NCBI GenBank assembly: GCA_035084275.1
Contig: CM068757.1
Location: 7,688,001-7,752,000, forward strand
Direction of reading: 5' to 3'
DNA length: 64,000 bases
DNA from: Hydrolagus colliei
Lineage: Eukaryota
Shown: positions 52,266-63,116 of the stretch, piece after piece
Layout of the letters: every line of letters begins with the position of its first letter
Position numbering within the stretch: the first letter of the stretch is position 1
The notes under the pieces: model-generated
Database searches by the model: none
What the model saw: the letters and a program-made list of their open reading frames with translations, nothing else
What the model was told of the DNA's origin: nothing
Translations under genes and position numbers: made by a program

Positions 52266-52907
52266 GTGAGTGCATTCTTACCCAAGAAGTGATCAGATTC
52301 TCTTAATGTGGCTGCCAGGGAGAGGAAGGGAAGAGGTCATTAAAGCCAGATTGCCTGGATTCCTTTCAAGCATTATATTTTGCTGCCTTCTGTATTATTT
52401 CCATATAAGTTTGGGTTAAAGCTGAACAGTTTCAATTATGCACACATTATTTGTGAACAGATGGGACGACTTTTAACGGGCTGCACTTTCTGGATGTGTG
52501 GTAGCATTTATTTCCATGATTGGTCCCTGCTGAGGTCTGGAGATGAGGCAGACAGGCCTCCAAAGGCAAAGGAACACTCAGCAACCATATGAGTTCATAT
52601 GAACCCTGAGAGGTTATCTGACCTCATGACTAGTAAATACGTAGTGATATGATGAGAAGGGTAGAAACAAAGTATTAGTTTATAAACAATTACAATGTCC
52701 ATTTTCCAACAAAAATATGTCCACTCGTCACAACAGGAATCCCCAGTGAGACACCACTAAAGGGATGTTGTTATGGAATAATACTTTTGCACTTATTTCA
52801 TTGCATTGAAGTAGTTAGCACAGCCAAATGATTTGATGCTCTCATTTGTTTCCAGTGGTGAAACTTCTAGAATTGAACTAATCTGGACTTTTTAATTTCT
52901 CTTGTAG

Positions 52908-52942
52908 GAAACAAAATGAAATTCCTTCACAAGAAGAGCTAG
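52908..52942 (+). CDS. DENND2B: DENND2B last coding exon (GNKMKFLHKKS-stop)
   Basis: ctcttgtag|GA, TAG at 52940-52942; resembles the ST5 C-terminus GNKMKFLHKKN. Confidence 0.96.
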
Positions 52943-53768
52943 TTGTTTTCAAACTGGCTTGCAGGGGTTTGTTGTGGCGAGAAAAGCTGCTGAACCTTGC
53001 ACAAGAACTTTGTAAATCCTCGACATTTCAGGCAGTGGATCAATACTGTGGTTTCTTCCTGCTCTTCGCCTAAAGGCTGAATATAAGGCTGAGGCTGCAA
53101 AAAGTACACTCAAAACTTGGGCCATCTTCAGTGCATACCGGATTGTATATTGTAAATATATTCCTACCCATTTTATTGCAATACTTGGGTATTTTATTGA
53201 CCCGATTTAGAAGTCATTCCGCTGAATATCCGCAAACAGATTGCAACGGGTTCTTGTGATGCTCAAGACAATTAATATGAATGGTACAATGAGACATGTG
53301 CAGAGGATGTCTGTGTGTGTGTATATAGAGAACAGCCACACTGATGTGAAAAGGTGCCATTGACAAAGAATCCAAGTGGTTGGCGACGTGATTAAGAGAA
53401 TGAATGTGGCCCGACTGACAGAAACAGCCCAATCCTGCACTGTATGGAAAACAATGAAGTATCAATTCTACTCTTCCTATCTAGCTAGAGTTCTGATTGT
53501 ATTGTTCATTTTTCTTTCTGTATACAAACAAATGTGATAAATTTACACTGAAAATATGTGGTACTTTTTTAGGGGGAGGGAGGGGCTTCAAACTACATAG
53601 GCTGTCATGGAAGAGGGTGGTGAATAAGTCACAAACTCCTTCATGTATGTTATGCACTGCTGTAACTGAAGGGTATCAAGGGCTGTGCAGAGCCTTTAAA
53701 CTCTGCCACTCACAGCATCATTGGGCAAGGCTCAACACATTTTTTATGTACTGCTTCTTTTGAAAAAA

Positions 53769-53774
53769 AATAAA
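53769..53774 (+). terminator. Probable DENND2B polyadenylation signal AATAAA
   Basis: First AATAAA I see after the stop codon, preceded by a U-rich tract containing TGTA; implies a 3'UTR of about 0.85 kb. Confidence 0.55.
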
Positions 53775-54161
53775 ACAAACACATTGGGTAACGGTTTTAC
53801 ATCTTTTAGGAATATAATGAAAAATTGCAGGATTCTTTCCGTTTCAAGATGTAATAAGGTATTTACAGGTTTTAAGATTTCTAAACAAGCTTTTTCCCCT
53901 CAAGATATAGTGCCATCTGGAGGCTAACTTGTGAACAGAGCCATTCATGATGCGAGTCGCTCACAAATACGTTTCAAACATTAGGCATCACTGCAGGCAT
54001 TAGGCATCACTGCAGGCATCACTACAATTTCATTAGCAAAGATTGCCAGTTCAGCTCTGAGATGAGGCTAAACCTACTGTAGTGGCAAACTTTGCTGAAT
54101 TCCCCTCCATCCTTGATATTTGATAAAGAAGCTTAAGAGACATTGAAAAGTGACGTTATGT

Positions 54162-54167
54162 TTTATT
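54162..54167 (-). terminator. RPL27A polyadenylation signal AATAAA
   Basis: tttatt on + lies 23 nt past the RPL27A stop; short 3'UTRs are typical of ribosomal protein genes. Confidence 0.8.
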
Positions 54168-54190
54168 TTTGCACCAGGAGTCCAAAGAGT

Positions 54191-54319
<129 letters not shown>

Positions 54320-54865
54320 CTAGGAAGGTGAAACAGCAAATCAGATGTGTAATGGAACAAGTTCCCCTCAATCCACCTCCCATCCAAAATCTCCAGTTTG
54401 AACAGTGATTTTCCTGAAGCAGAATCCCTGTGTTTCAGGTATTGCACACATCGTATTTCAAACCTTAAGAAGATCCAAGCAATGGATCACGATTTAGGTA
54501 AAGAAATACAAAAACGATTACGACACAACTATTGTGAAAGGACACACAGCAATCCTTACAATCATTCACCTGCCCTTTCCCCATAGCTCTGAAGGTTACA
54601 TGTGTACAGCAATAGAAAGAAGAGTTGTGGAAGTCATGGCTGCAGTCATCTTCCACAAGCATATGCATAAAACACCTTTAAGGTGTTTTACGGTACTGTG
54701 TGAGAAGGGTGCAAAAGCACAGCCACCCAAACGAATCACCTCTTGCTTGAGCTAGGGAGAGATTTTAAGGAAACTTACCAACTCAAAGGTAATATTTCTT
54801 CCATAGAAGGAGGGAAAGCAAACAAATAGACACATTTCAAAATAAATGACATTCACTACAATAGT

Positions 54866-54995
54866 CAATGTTACTAAGTGTGTGACCGACTGAGCTATAT
54901 GGAGCATCAGTCAGTGAATAAAATAGTAGATACTCTGCGAGAACTATAGCACATCAAGACAACAGCATGTGCCAGGACGTGACTCTAGTCTCGGG
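54866..54995 (-). ncRNA. SNORA3: Second SNORA3/SNORA45-family H/ACA snoRNA, RPL27A intron 4
   Basis: Paralogue of 56588-56718: CCGAGACUAGAGUCACGUCCU..., H box AGAGUA, UUAUUCACUGACUG...CAGUCGGUCAC, ACA+3 nt. Confidence 0.9.
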
Positions 54996-55152
54996 GCCTT
55001 ATGATTAGTATTGAACACAATTGGACTCTGTTTTGCAATAGCCAGACAGGTATCAGAAAGTATCAAATGCTGTTAAGCTCTTATTAAAATAAATTGCACT
55101 GTGCTCATCAAAAGTATAAACTAAAGTCAATAAACAATCAAAGAACACTCAC

Positions 55153-55327
55153 AGCATGCACAACATCAATGACGGGGGCTGGTCCATCGGGTTTTTTGCC
55201 ATAGGTTAGCCGGGTCTGTTCACTGACCAGTGTCCACAGCTTATCCAGATTGATGGTAGGACAAAACAACTGATTCTTCTTCAAGTGGAAATGTCTCATA
55301 CCAACTTTTCCGAAGTAACCTGGATGA
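55153..55327 (-). CDS. RPL27A: RPL27A exon 4 ([19 protein letters not shown]...PVIDVVHA)
   Basis: ttcag|T ... GCT|gtgagt; seen in ORF 55138..55419. Confidence 0.98.
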
Positions 55328-56587
55328 CTGAATGAAAAGGAAGAAAGTTCAGAAATTGGTAGCTGTGAAAAAAACCGATCTTTCATCAGAACACAAAAAT
55401 TTACTTTTTCACAAGGCACAGTCTGAGTAAAGTGCTACTGGCCTTATTCAGCTACAGAGAGAATCTACATGATCCCATCTCTATTGGGTAAGAACCAGGA
55501 GCATGAACTAGTCAATCATATCATTTTAACATAGCCAAGATTGGACTACAAACACCCAAGTCATTCACTTCCAGAAATGAGTTAAATTTCATTGATTAAA
55601 ATCCTAAGTACAGCTAACAAGGCAATACACATGTTGATCAAAGGGACTGCGTAACACTCCTTTCTCCCCTGACACCGAATCCAGTCCACATTAATGGGAT
55701 TAATATCTTCTTCCAGCAAGGATCCACAGAAACTTTGGATATCCTCAGTGAAACATCGCTCTGGCATTGAAGTGAAGGCTGAAGTGCATCACTGGTCAAG
55801 AGTATGTGCACACTTGGAAGCTATTATGATTGCTGACTATCCAACTAGGGAATTCTTCCACTACCTATAATGTACATGGTCTCTCAAACCATAGACCATT
55901 GGTCTATTCAAATTATTAAACATTCAAACAGGAATTGATAAAAAAAACTGTGTAAAGAAATACCCTATGTGATATCACAAGATACAGCTGTAGTTTTGTC
56001 CCTTTAACTTTCTGTACCTACTGTTCTTTTACTTGGTTACAGGTAACGCAATCATTGCTTTCATTACTACCATAAATTGTTTTAAGGAAAATGAGGCACT
56101 TTATTCATTCTTTAGTGATGCAACAAGAGTGTAATCATTACAAAGGCTATTGAGCAGTTGCGCATGCCAGCAAAGACCATGATATGGCACAAATCTAGCC
56201 ACTTAAAATTTCTCAGCATCATGGAAATCAATGTAATCTACATTACCTGCACAAATAAGCTATGGATAAAACATTTCTAGGATAAACACCACCATTATTC
56301 AAACACGAACTGGAGAATCAAACTCTTTTAAAACTGAAGTTAAGTGAGACGCCTAGTCAAATCTATTAGTGGATATTCACTCAAACTTAAGGAATCCAAT
56401 CAGACATAAATAGCAATATCTATCCGATACAGTGAAACAATTTACAAGGAACTTTAAAATCCTTCAAGTTACCAGCAAAGCAGTCAGGTATTTATTAAAG
56501 GTACACAAGGATATAAATGTCGTTTTTTTTTAAAAAAAATCCGGGTACGCTGTCAATGCAACATATAATTCACTTAAAAAATAAAAT

Positions 56588-56718
56588 TAATGTCACTAAT
56601 CTGGTGACCGACTGGGCTATAAGAAGCTGCAGCCAGTGAATAAGATCAGTAGATGTTCTTCGAGTACTATAGCACACCAAGACAACAGTCAGTGTGAGGA
56701 TGTGACTCTAGTCTCGGG
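56588..56718 (-). ncRNA. SNORA3: H/ACA snoRNA, SNORA3/SNORA45 (ACA3) family, RPL27A intron 3
   Basis: Minus strand: CCGAGACUAGAGUCACAUCCU...GUGUGCUAUAGUACUCG, H box AGAACA, UUAUUCACUGGCUG...CAGUCGGUCACCAG, ACA+3 nt. RPL27A is the known host of SNORA3A/B. Confidence 0.92.
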
Positions 56719-56937
56719 ACCTGACAAAACCTGAGGAGGAACCTCCAAATCAGATTCACCAGCAGTGGTGTCTCCTTCTCCACACTCACCACCCCGCCAT
56801 GAGGTGAAAACAAAACAACCACTGGCTTAGTGTCTAGAACAAAAATAACACTTGCACTAAACTTTCTTCTGTCAACCCACTCATCTAAATTGGGGACAGC
56901 ATGAAACAAGGCATCAGTTATTTATGACAACACCTAC

Positions 56938-57032
<95 letters not shown>

Positions 57033-57098
57033 TCATCCTTAGAATTTGGAACATGAGCTCAAACCAATGAATGAACGGAACCAGGCTGCAATGTACTA

Positions 57099-57310
57099 CA
57101 AAAACAAAAGTACATTTATAGAGCGCCTTTCACGCCAGGGGGAGGTCCCACAGTGATGGACAGTCAGGGGTCAGGACCCGAGCAATGGGGGAGGGGGAGC
57201 CAGGTTGGGATGAGGGAAGGTAGGGTGGCCGAAGGCATGGTCGAAGGAGGAGGGTCTTGAGACCAGTCTTGGAAGGAGGCAAGGGAGGGAGCAACGCAAA
57301 GGGATGGTGG
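57099..57310 (-). mobile_element. L2 3' end in RPL27A intron 2
   Basis: catttatagagcgcctttcacg tail and ggtcttgagaccagtcttggaagg, similar to 22228-22440. Confidence 0.8.
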
Positions 57311-57323
57311 CATCACTACTCAC

Positions 57324-57387
57324 CAATACGGCCATGGCCGTGGCTAACGTGTCCCCGAAGCTTCCTGGTTTTTCTCAGCTTGGATGG
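57324..57387 (-). CDS. RPL27A: RPL27A exon 2 (PSKLRKTRKLRGHVSHGHGRI)
   Basis: tattag|CCA ... ATTG|gtgagt; 64 nt. Confidence 0.98.
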
Positions 57388-57519
57388 CTAATAGAAACAT
57401 TGTGATAAAACACGACACAACACTTAGCAATCAGTTCTATTGGATGTATTCATCCAAAATGTAATTAAGACGGACACTAAAGGATATCGAGCAGTTTCAT
57501 ACATAAGCTAACATGAACA

Positions 57520-57661
57520 TACGAACGCTCTTCTCTTTGACCGCGCCTTTGGTCACCTTTCTACCCCTGCCCCTGGCTCGGTCCCGGGATCCGTTACTGT
57601 GAAGCGCTCTGAGACGCCGTGCAGCGTGGAGGGCGCTGTATAAATCGTAGCTGTTGTTGTA
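57520..57661 (+). mobile_element. L2 3' end in RPL27A intron 1
   Basis: ctctttgaccgcgcctttgg...gtgaagcgctctgagacg...gggcgctgtataaat...(ttg)n. Confidence 0.75.
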
Positions 57662-58441
57662 GTAACACACCTATCCCTGCCCTGTATTAGATCACTGCAA
57701 TCCCCATTAAGTGCATAAACACAAGCGATACTGACTTATTAATTGAATAGTATTATGCAGATTTATGATTCAGAAGGCATCCCAACGGGTTAATACATCA
57801 TTAGATCAATGGGGAGGGGGGGGGGGGGATATTGTAGCAAGTTCACTTCAGCCTAAGTTTAAACTCTCTGCAGATCAGACCGGTTAACAAGTTTACAATC
57901 GAATGTCTTTGGGAGGCCCCGATCCCATATCCGCCCTTTGGAGGCACAACACGGGGCGGGGGAGGTTCCATGTACAGGCTGGACATCACTCGGCGGGCGA
58001 GGCCCGGCCAGCCCACTCAGCCCCGGGGAATGCTGTCCGCACTGTGAGCCCCAAACGCGCTTTGGCCTCTCGGGGTTGATGATACTGGGCTTCAGGTCCA
58101 GCAGGAGATCTCCCTCCTCCTCCTCTCTCTGGTTATCTCAACCCACCCCCCACCCGCCCCCCGCCCCCACACCTCGGACTCACCCCGAGCCACCACGTAT
58201 TCACCCGTAGCCCGCGGAAAGCCTCATTCCACTAGGCCTCACCGCCAACAGTGGAGAAAAGGCAGCCTCCGCTTAGAAGCACGATCCGCCTTTGCCCGCA
58301 GGAAATATCCGGGCAGACAGAGGGGCAGCGAGGACAGCGGCGATCCCTAAGGCTACCCGCACGATTTATTCGGACTTTAACGGCCGATGCCATCGGATCG
58401 AGTTCCCTTTGGTCTCGGACACACATCACTAGGGTACCTAC

Positions 58442-58444
58442 CAT
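58442..58444 (-). CDS. RPL27A: RPL27A exon 1 coding part (ATG only)
   Basis: GGCAAG-ATG|gtaggt downstream of a TOP tract; 3+64+76+175+129 = 447 nt = 148 aa plus stop. Confidence 0.9.
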
Positions 58445-58459
58445 CTTGCCGGATGACGT

Positions 58460-58469
58460 AAGAGAGGAG
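58460..58469 (-). promoter_or_regulatory. 5' terminal oligopyrimidine tract / TCT initiator of RPL27A
   Basis: The minus strand reads CTCCTCTCTT, 15 nt upstream of the ATG, as expected for vertebrate ribosomal protein genes. Confidence 0.85.
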
Positions 58470-58475
58470 CGAGCT

Positions 58476-58634
58476 CAGGAAGTCTCGCGAGATTGAGACC
58501 GAGAGTAAAGTAAGACACACCCACCTAACAGCACAGGCCCCGCCCACAGCCCCAGCCATCCCCGCCCCTAGGTCCCACCCACAGCCCCAGCCAGCCCCGC
58601 CCTAAGCCCCGCCCACAGCCCCAGCCCCGCCTCC
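58476..58634 (-). promoter_or_regulatory. RPL27A proximal promoter: ETS/GABP-like CAGGAAGT (58476-58483), palindrome TCTCGCGAGA (58483-58492), clustered GC boxes
   Basis: Motifs read directly; the surrounding region (about 57900-58640) is CpG-rich. TCTCGCGAGA is the known CGCG element (BANP-bound) enriched in ribosomal protein promoters. Confidence 0.8.
58536..58634. repeat. About 3 tandem copies of a ~35-bp GC-box unit
   Basis: ggccccgcccacagccccagccatccccgccccta / ggtcccacccacagccccagccagccccgcccta / agccccgcccacagccccagccccgcctcc. Confidence 0.8.
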
Positions 58635-58968
58635 CCGAGCAACAAGGACCCATCCCAATGCATCACACCATGGGTAGTCATTACCAAACTGCACTCCTCT
58701 GTAGTCTCTTTCTCATGCCAAGTGAAACAAATTTTTTAAACAAAAAAGGGAAAGAAAATTCACTGGAATGAGAAAATATGTACACAGGTAATTGGAGTTG
58801 AGGTACTAGATCAGCCATAAGCTAATAGAATGGCTTTTTTGTGGGGCAGTTTGACACTTGCGGAGACCCATCGGCATGCTTAAGCACATGTAAACCAAGC
58901 TGAGATTTCCATACATCGCATCTATGTCGAATGGAATGTGCGCTCCCTCCCTGGAGGGACACATCCGA

Positions 58969-59289
58969 GGGAGCTCCTGTAGGTCAGTGGTTAGAGCACT
59001 TGCCTTACAAGCGTGAGACTTGTGTTAGAATTCAGGCAGGTCAGGGCGAAACCTTGGGCAAGTTTCGTTATTTCACACGCCTAATAATCATCCAAAAAAA
59101 ACACAATATTAAAATTTGGTCATTTCAATCTACGACTGTGGGACACTGCTCATTGCTGTGAGCAATCGGCTGCTGCATTTGACCCACAAAAATAGTCAAT
59201 TCACTTTACAGTATATTCTGTGAAGCGTTTTGAGATGTTGATAAGATGTGAAATGCGCTATATCAAATGCAAGGATTATTATTATTATT
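58969..59289 (+). mobile_element. tRNA-derived SINE, same family
   Basis: ggagctcctgtaggtcagtggttagagcac head; (att)n tail. Confidence 0.88.
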
Positions 59290-59581
59290 CTGCTTACCTA
59301 ATTCTGGAAAGTATTAGGCAGAGATTGGCATGATCCAAGACTTGTGGACGCCAAAGTGTGGTTTGGGGTTCTGCTTCAGTCTAACCAAGTAAAAACCTGC
59401 ATAACTTGCCATGATATTGCTGTCCGGTAAACTTTCTTGCTAGCTGTCCAGTCAGTTAGGACCACCCTATCCAATTAGGAAGTTGGCTTGCAGGGTTAAC
59501 AAGAGCAGAGTGGGATGACTCCCTGCCTCCAGGACCTCAGCATGTTGGAACAGGCTTGAAGGGCTGAATGACCTACTCCTG

Positions 59582-59623
59582 TTTTTATATATATAGATAT
59601 ATATATATCTATATATATAAAAA
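59582..59623. repeat. Perfect 42-bp AT-rich palindrome
   Basis: tttttatatatatagatatat followed directly by its exact reverse complement. Confidence 0.9.
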
Positions 59624-60030
59624 GGTGGTAGCCTGGTTCAGCTACTAGTAAGCTCACCTCTGTGTCAGAAGATTATGTGTTGAAGCCTTCACATTGGGCC
59701 TTTGAGTGTCATCAAAGTCCAGGCTGACAAAGTGACGGAAGTGTCCAAAGCAGCGTAACGAGAGTGCTACCCTTTTGGCTGATGTGTCAAGCATTTAGTG
59801 CGGCTGAATGTTGATACTGTGACACTATTTTAAAAGAGAAAGGTGTTTCTCTGCCAGTGTCCTGGCCAACAATTCTCCAGATAAAATTAGTCATTCACAT
59901 TATGGCTGGTTATGACACAAATTGGCTGCTGCACATCTGTACAAATACAGTCACTGTATTTTGTGGTCAATCCTGTGAAGTGCCTTTGACGGTGCCTTGA
60001 CAAGAAAGTTGCTAATACCAAATGCAATTG
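59624..60030 (+). mobile_element. Older diverged SINE resembling the DeuSINE/SacSINE1 group
   Basis: ctcacctctgtgtcagaag...ccaggctgaca...gtgtcctggccaac...aaattggctgctgc...gtgaagtgcctttg. Similar fragments at about 15345-15560, 21420-21800 (-) and 22150-22227 plus 23304-23375. Family name is from recall. Confidence 0.6.
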
Positions 60031-60031
60031 T

Positions 60032-60310
60032 GGAGTCCTGGAGCTCAGTGGTTAGAGCACTGTCCTTGCAAGTGAGAGTTCTGGGTTTTGTTTCCAGGCA
60101 GGGCACGTTTCCTTACTCCATATGCCTGACAATAATCCCTGAAAAAAAAACTTGTAATTTCAATCCATGACTATTTGTGGGGCACTGCTGTGCACAATTG
60201 CCTGCCGCGGTTTGACCACAAAGTATACAGTCCCTACCCTTTAAGTTTCCACATGAATAGAAGATGTCCAGAAAACGTGAAAAGCACTATATCAAATGCA
60301 AGTATTATTA
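60032..60310 (+). mobile_element. tRNA-derived SINE, same family, abutting the tail of an older SINE
   Basis: ggagtcctggagctcagtggttagagcac head; tail gtgaaaagcactatatcaaatgcaagtattatt. Confidence 0.85.
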
Positions 60311-62778
60311 ATATTAATGATAGGATTATTTTTACTTTTTAGTTACAGTACTTTTTAGTCATCACAAAACCATAATGGGGAACAAGAAAGAATAACTGTT
60401 CACCTGAGGTTTATAGGAATACTCCTTCGTCACAGAGTCCAGGTAAAAACCTTGCATCCTCCCATGTAAAGCAGTGCAATGATTTACATCCAAAGGCTAT
60501 GAGGTGGTCTGTGTTTTCACAGAGTTCTTGTTTGGCCCGAATGTTCCAATGCCTTTGAATTTCTAGCCTCCTGTCAGTGATTGTGCAACTGTATCTGGGC
60601 TATTGCTTCTCAGGAGACCATCTATATTCTACACATATCAAGATTCTGCTTCTTGGTGTCCATTCATACTGACCTTCAAAAGAGTACTTTCCCTTCCTAC
60701 AACTTGGAGTGCACCCAGGTCTCCACAAGAGACTGAATCTAATCGATCTCATCAGTGTCTTCACCAGCAGGACATCGGTCCATTAGTCCTCAATGTTCCT
60801 GCCCTGAGCAGTGCATCAGCATAACTGAAATCGTGAATGCAGTATATGTTAACCCATGTAGTCAAAGAATTTCTTTAATCGATGGTTGGAAATGCTGATG
60901 TTGAATGGATACCATTTGGACCAAGGGTTAAAAATGATGATGTAGGCTAGGAAAATGTCAAAACGATTTGTTTATCATAGGTGAAGGATGTTTTCCATAA
61001 CAAATTCAAGTTTTAGTTAGTGTTGTGTTGAAGATGTTTTCTGTAACAATTCCGGTTTTATAACAGTTCATGTTAATTGGTGTTTGTGGAAGATGTTCTT
61101 CTATAATAATTCTGCAGATTATCAATCAAAATTTATATTTATATAGCGCCTTTCACGTCGAGAGGACGTCCCAAGGCGCATTCTATTTTACTATTTATTA
61201 TTTTATTATTCTTTTAATGTGAGACAATTGCTTCCTGGACATGAGAATGGAAAGATTTTACATTCTCAGCCTGTCTGTGGAAACTCGATTATAAAAGATG
61301 TACGTACAGCTAAACTTTGTTCTTTGTTCAGCCTAGGACAAAGCATATCACATGCTATCCACCCAAGAGCCATTTGCATGTGAAGATATGAAGTGCTGAA
61401 GCAAATATGTTGTCTTCAGGATTGAATTCTGTCAGAGTCTGGACTGTTCCGTCGTTCCATCATTTTTCATTGACACCAGCAATTTCAGGAAGAAGGGAAA
61501 CTGCAAAAATTCCAAAACGTCTGAAATTGTGTGGACAGTAATAGGAGGAGAAGGATAACAATGTACAGTAACTGTCGAGTAAAGTACACAGCTCAGCTGC
61601 TCACCTTTGAAGGTTCAACTTGGATTTCCTACTCAACGAACAAAGCACAAAGTTTCGCAACCGAATCAAGAGACTTTTCATTGATCTTTTGTCTGCTGTT
61701 CGGTAATTTTACTAACTAACCCCATCAAAGAAGCAAGATCCGTACGGTTTATGGACTGAGCACTATTATTTACTTTAATATGAACAGTAAAGTGTTTACT
61801 TGACTATAAACATTTATGGATGTGATTAACTTGCTTTGCTGCATTATGGTAATTGAACAAACAAATTTTACATTAATTTTAATTATTAATTAAAATAATT
61901 TGTCTACAAATTAGCCACTACACAAGGCGGGAATTACCTGTAAAGTGTTATGGGAATTTTTATATTTTAGGCACTATATCAAATGGATAGATTACTATGT
62001 TTTATATTATCTTTTATTGCACTATTAAGAATGTGGATTGAACACAAGGACAAAATGAGCAAAGAAAGAAAGACCCAGTAAGCTTTAACATGTCACCCGG
62101 CACAGCTTTGCAAAGCATTACAGTATTAGTGACAAGTCAGCTAAAAGTGAGTATAATACTGTACTTGGGTATCTTTCAATAGACATTAAAAAGGATATGT
62201 TAAAAAAAAGGACATTAAATTGGATATTGCTCCACTATCTCTTCCCCAGTGTTTAGTTTGATCAACTTAAATCATTGTGGACTGTACGCGGACACGGACA
62301 CATAAGCATTATTGGGATATATTTGTTCAATTAAATAACCATTATTAATCTGAATTAATAGACCTTCATTAATTGCACAACATTTGTGTCAGTCCTCACT
62401 TCACCGCAGGATCACGAATTTAACAAACTCTTACATTCCTTTTAATGAATCTCATAAATACACAGAATAGTAAATGCAAGGTAAAGTTGGTCTTATTCTT
62501 TGCACACAAATACACAGTGAATCCACTTTACAGTATAACCCGTGAAGCGCTTCCTCCATGACGTGAAAGGGGCTGTATCGATAATGTGAGGATTACTATT
62601 ATTATTTTCATCCAATGTAGATTATGACCAACTGATGAAAGAGCGAGAGGCAAGGTGAGGAGTCACTGGGAATATGTCAGCAAGAAAACCAACTCAACAG
62701 GAAATTACAATTGGTAAAGTAACAAACATATACACCTCCCTTCTCCACCACCACCATCTTTTCCATTTAACTAATAAA

Positions 62779-63116
62779 AATAATAATCATCCTTGCATTT
62801 GATATAGCGCTGTTCCCATCTTATCGACGTCTCAAAGCGCTTCACAGAATATACTGTAAAGTGAACTGACTGTGTATTTGTGTGTGAAATGTGGCAGCCA
62901 ATTGCACACAGCTGTGTCCCACAAACAGTCGTGGTTTGAAATGACCAATTTTTATCTTTTTTTTTTGGGGGGGGGGGGGGGGGGACGCATTATTATTAGG
63001 CGTGTGTGCGGAGTAAAGGAAACTTGCCCGAGGTTTCGCCCTGACCTGCCTGGATTGGAACACAAATCTCACGCGTGTAAGGCGGGTGCTCTGACCACTG
63101 AGCTACAGGAGCTCCC
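62779..63116 (-). mobile_element. tRNA-derived SINE, same family, reverse orientation
   Basis: Reverse complement matches the copies at 46456 and 58969 over the full length. Confidence 0.88.

Noticed and set aside
60404-60823. Possible minus-strand exon bounded by tttcag and cag|gtgaac
   Set aside because: No sustained open frame or recognisable homology; the splice-like motifs could be chance.
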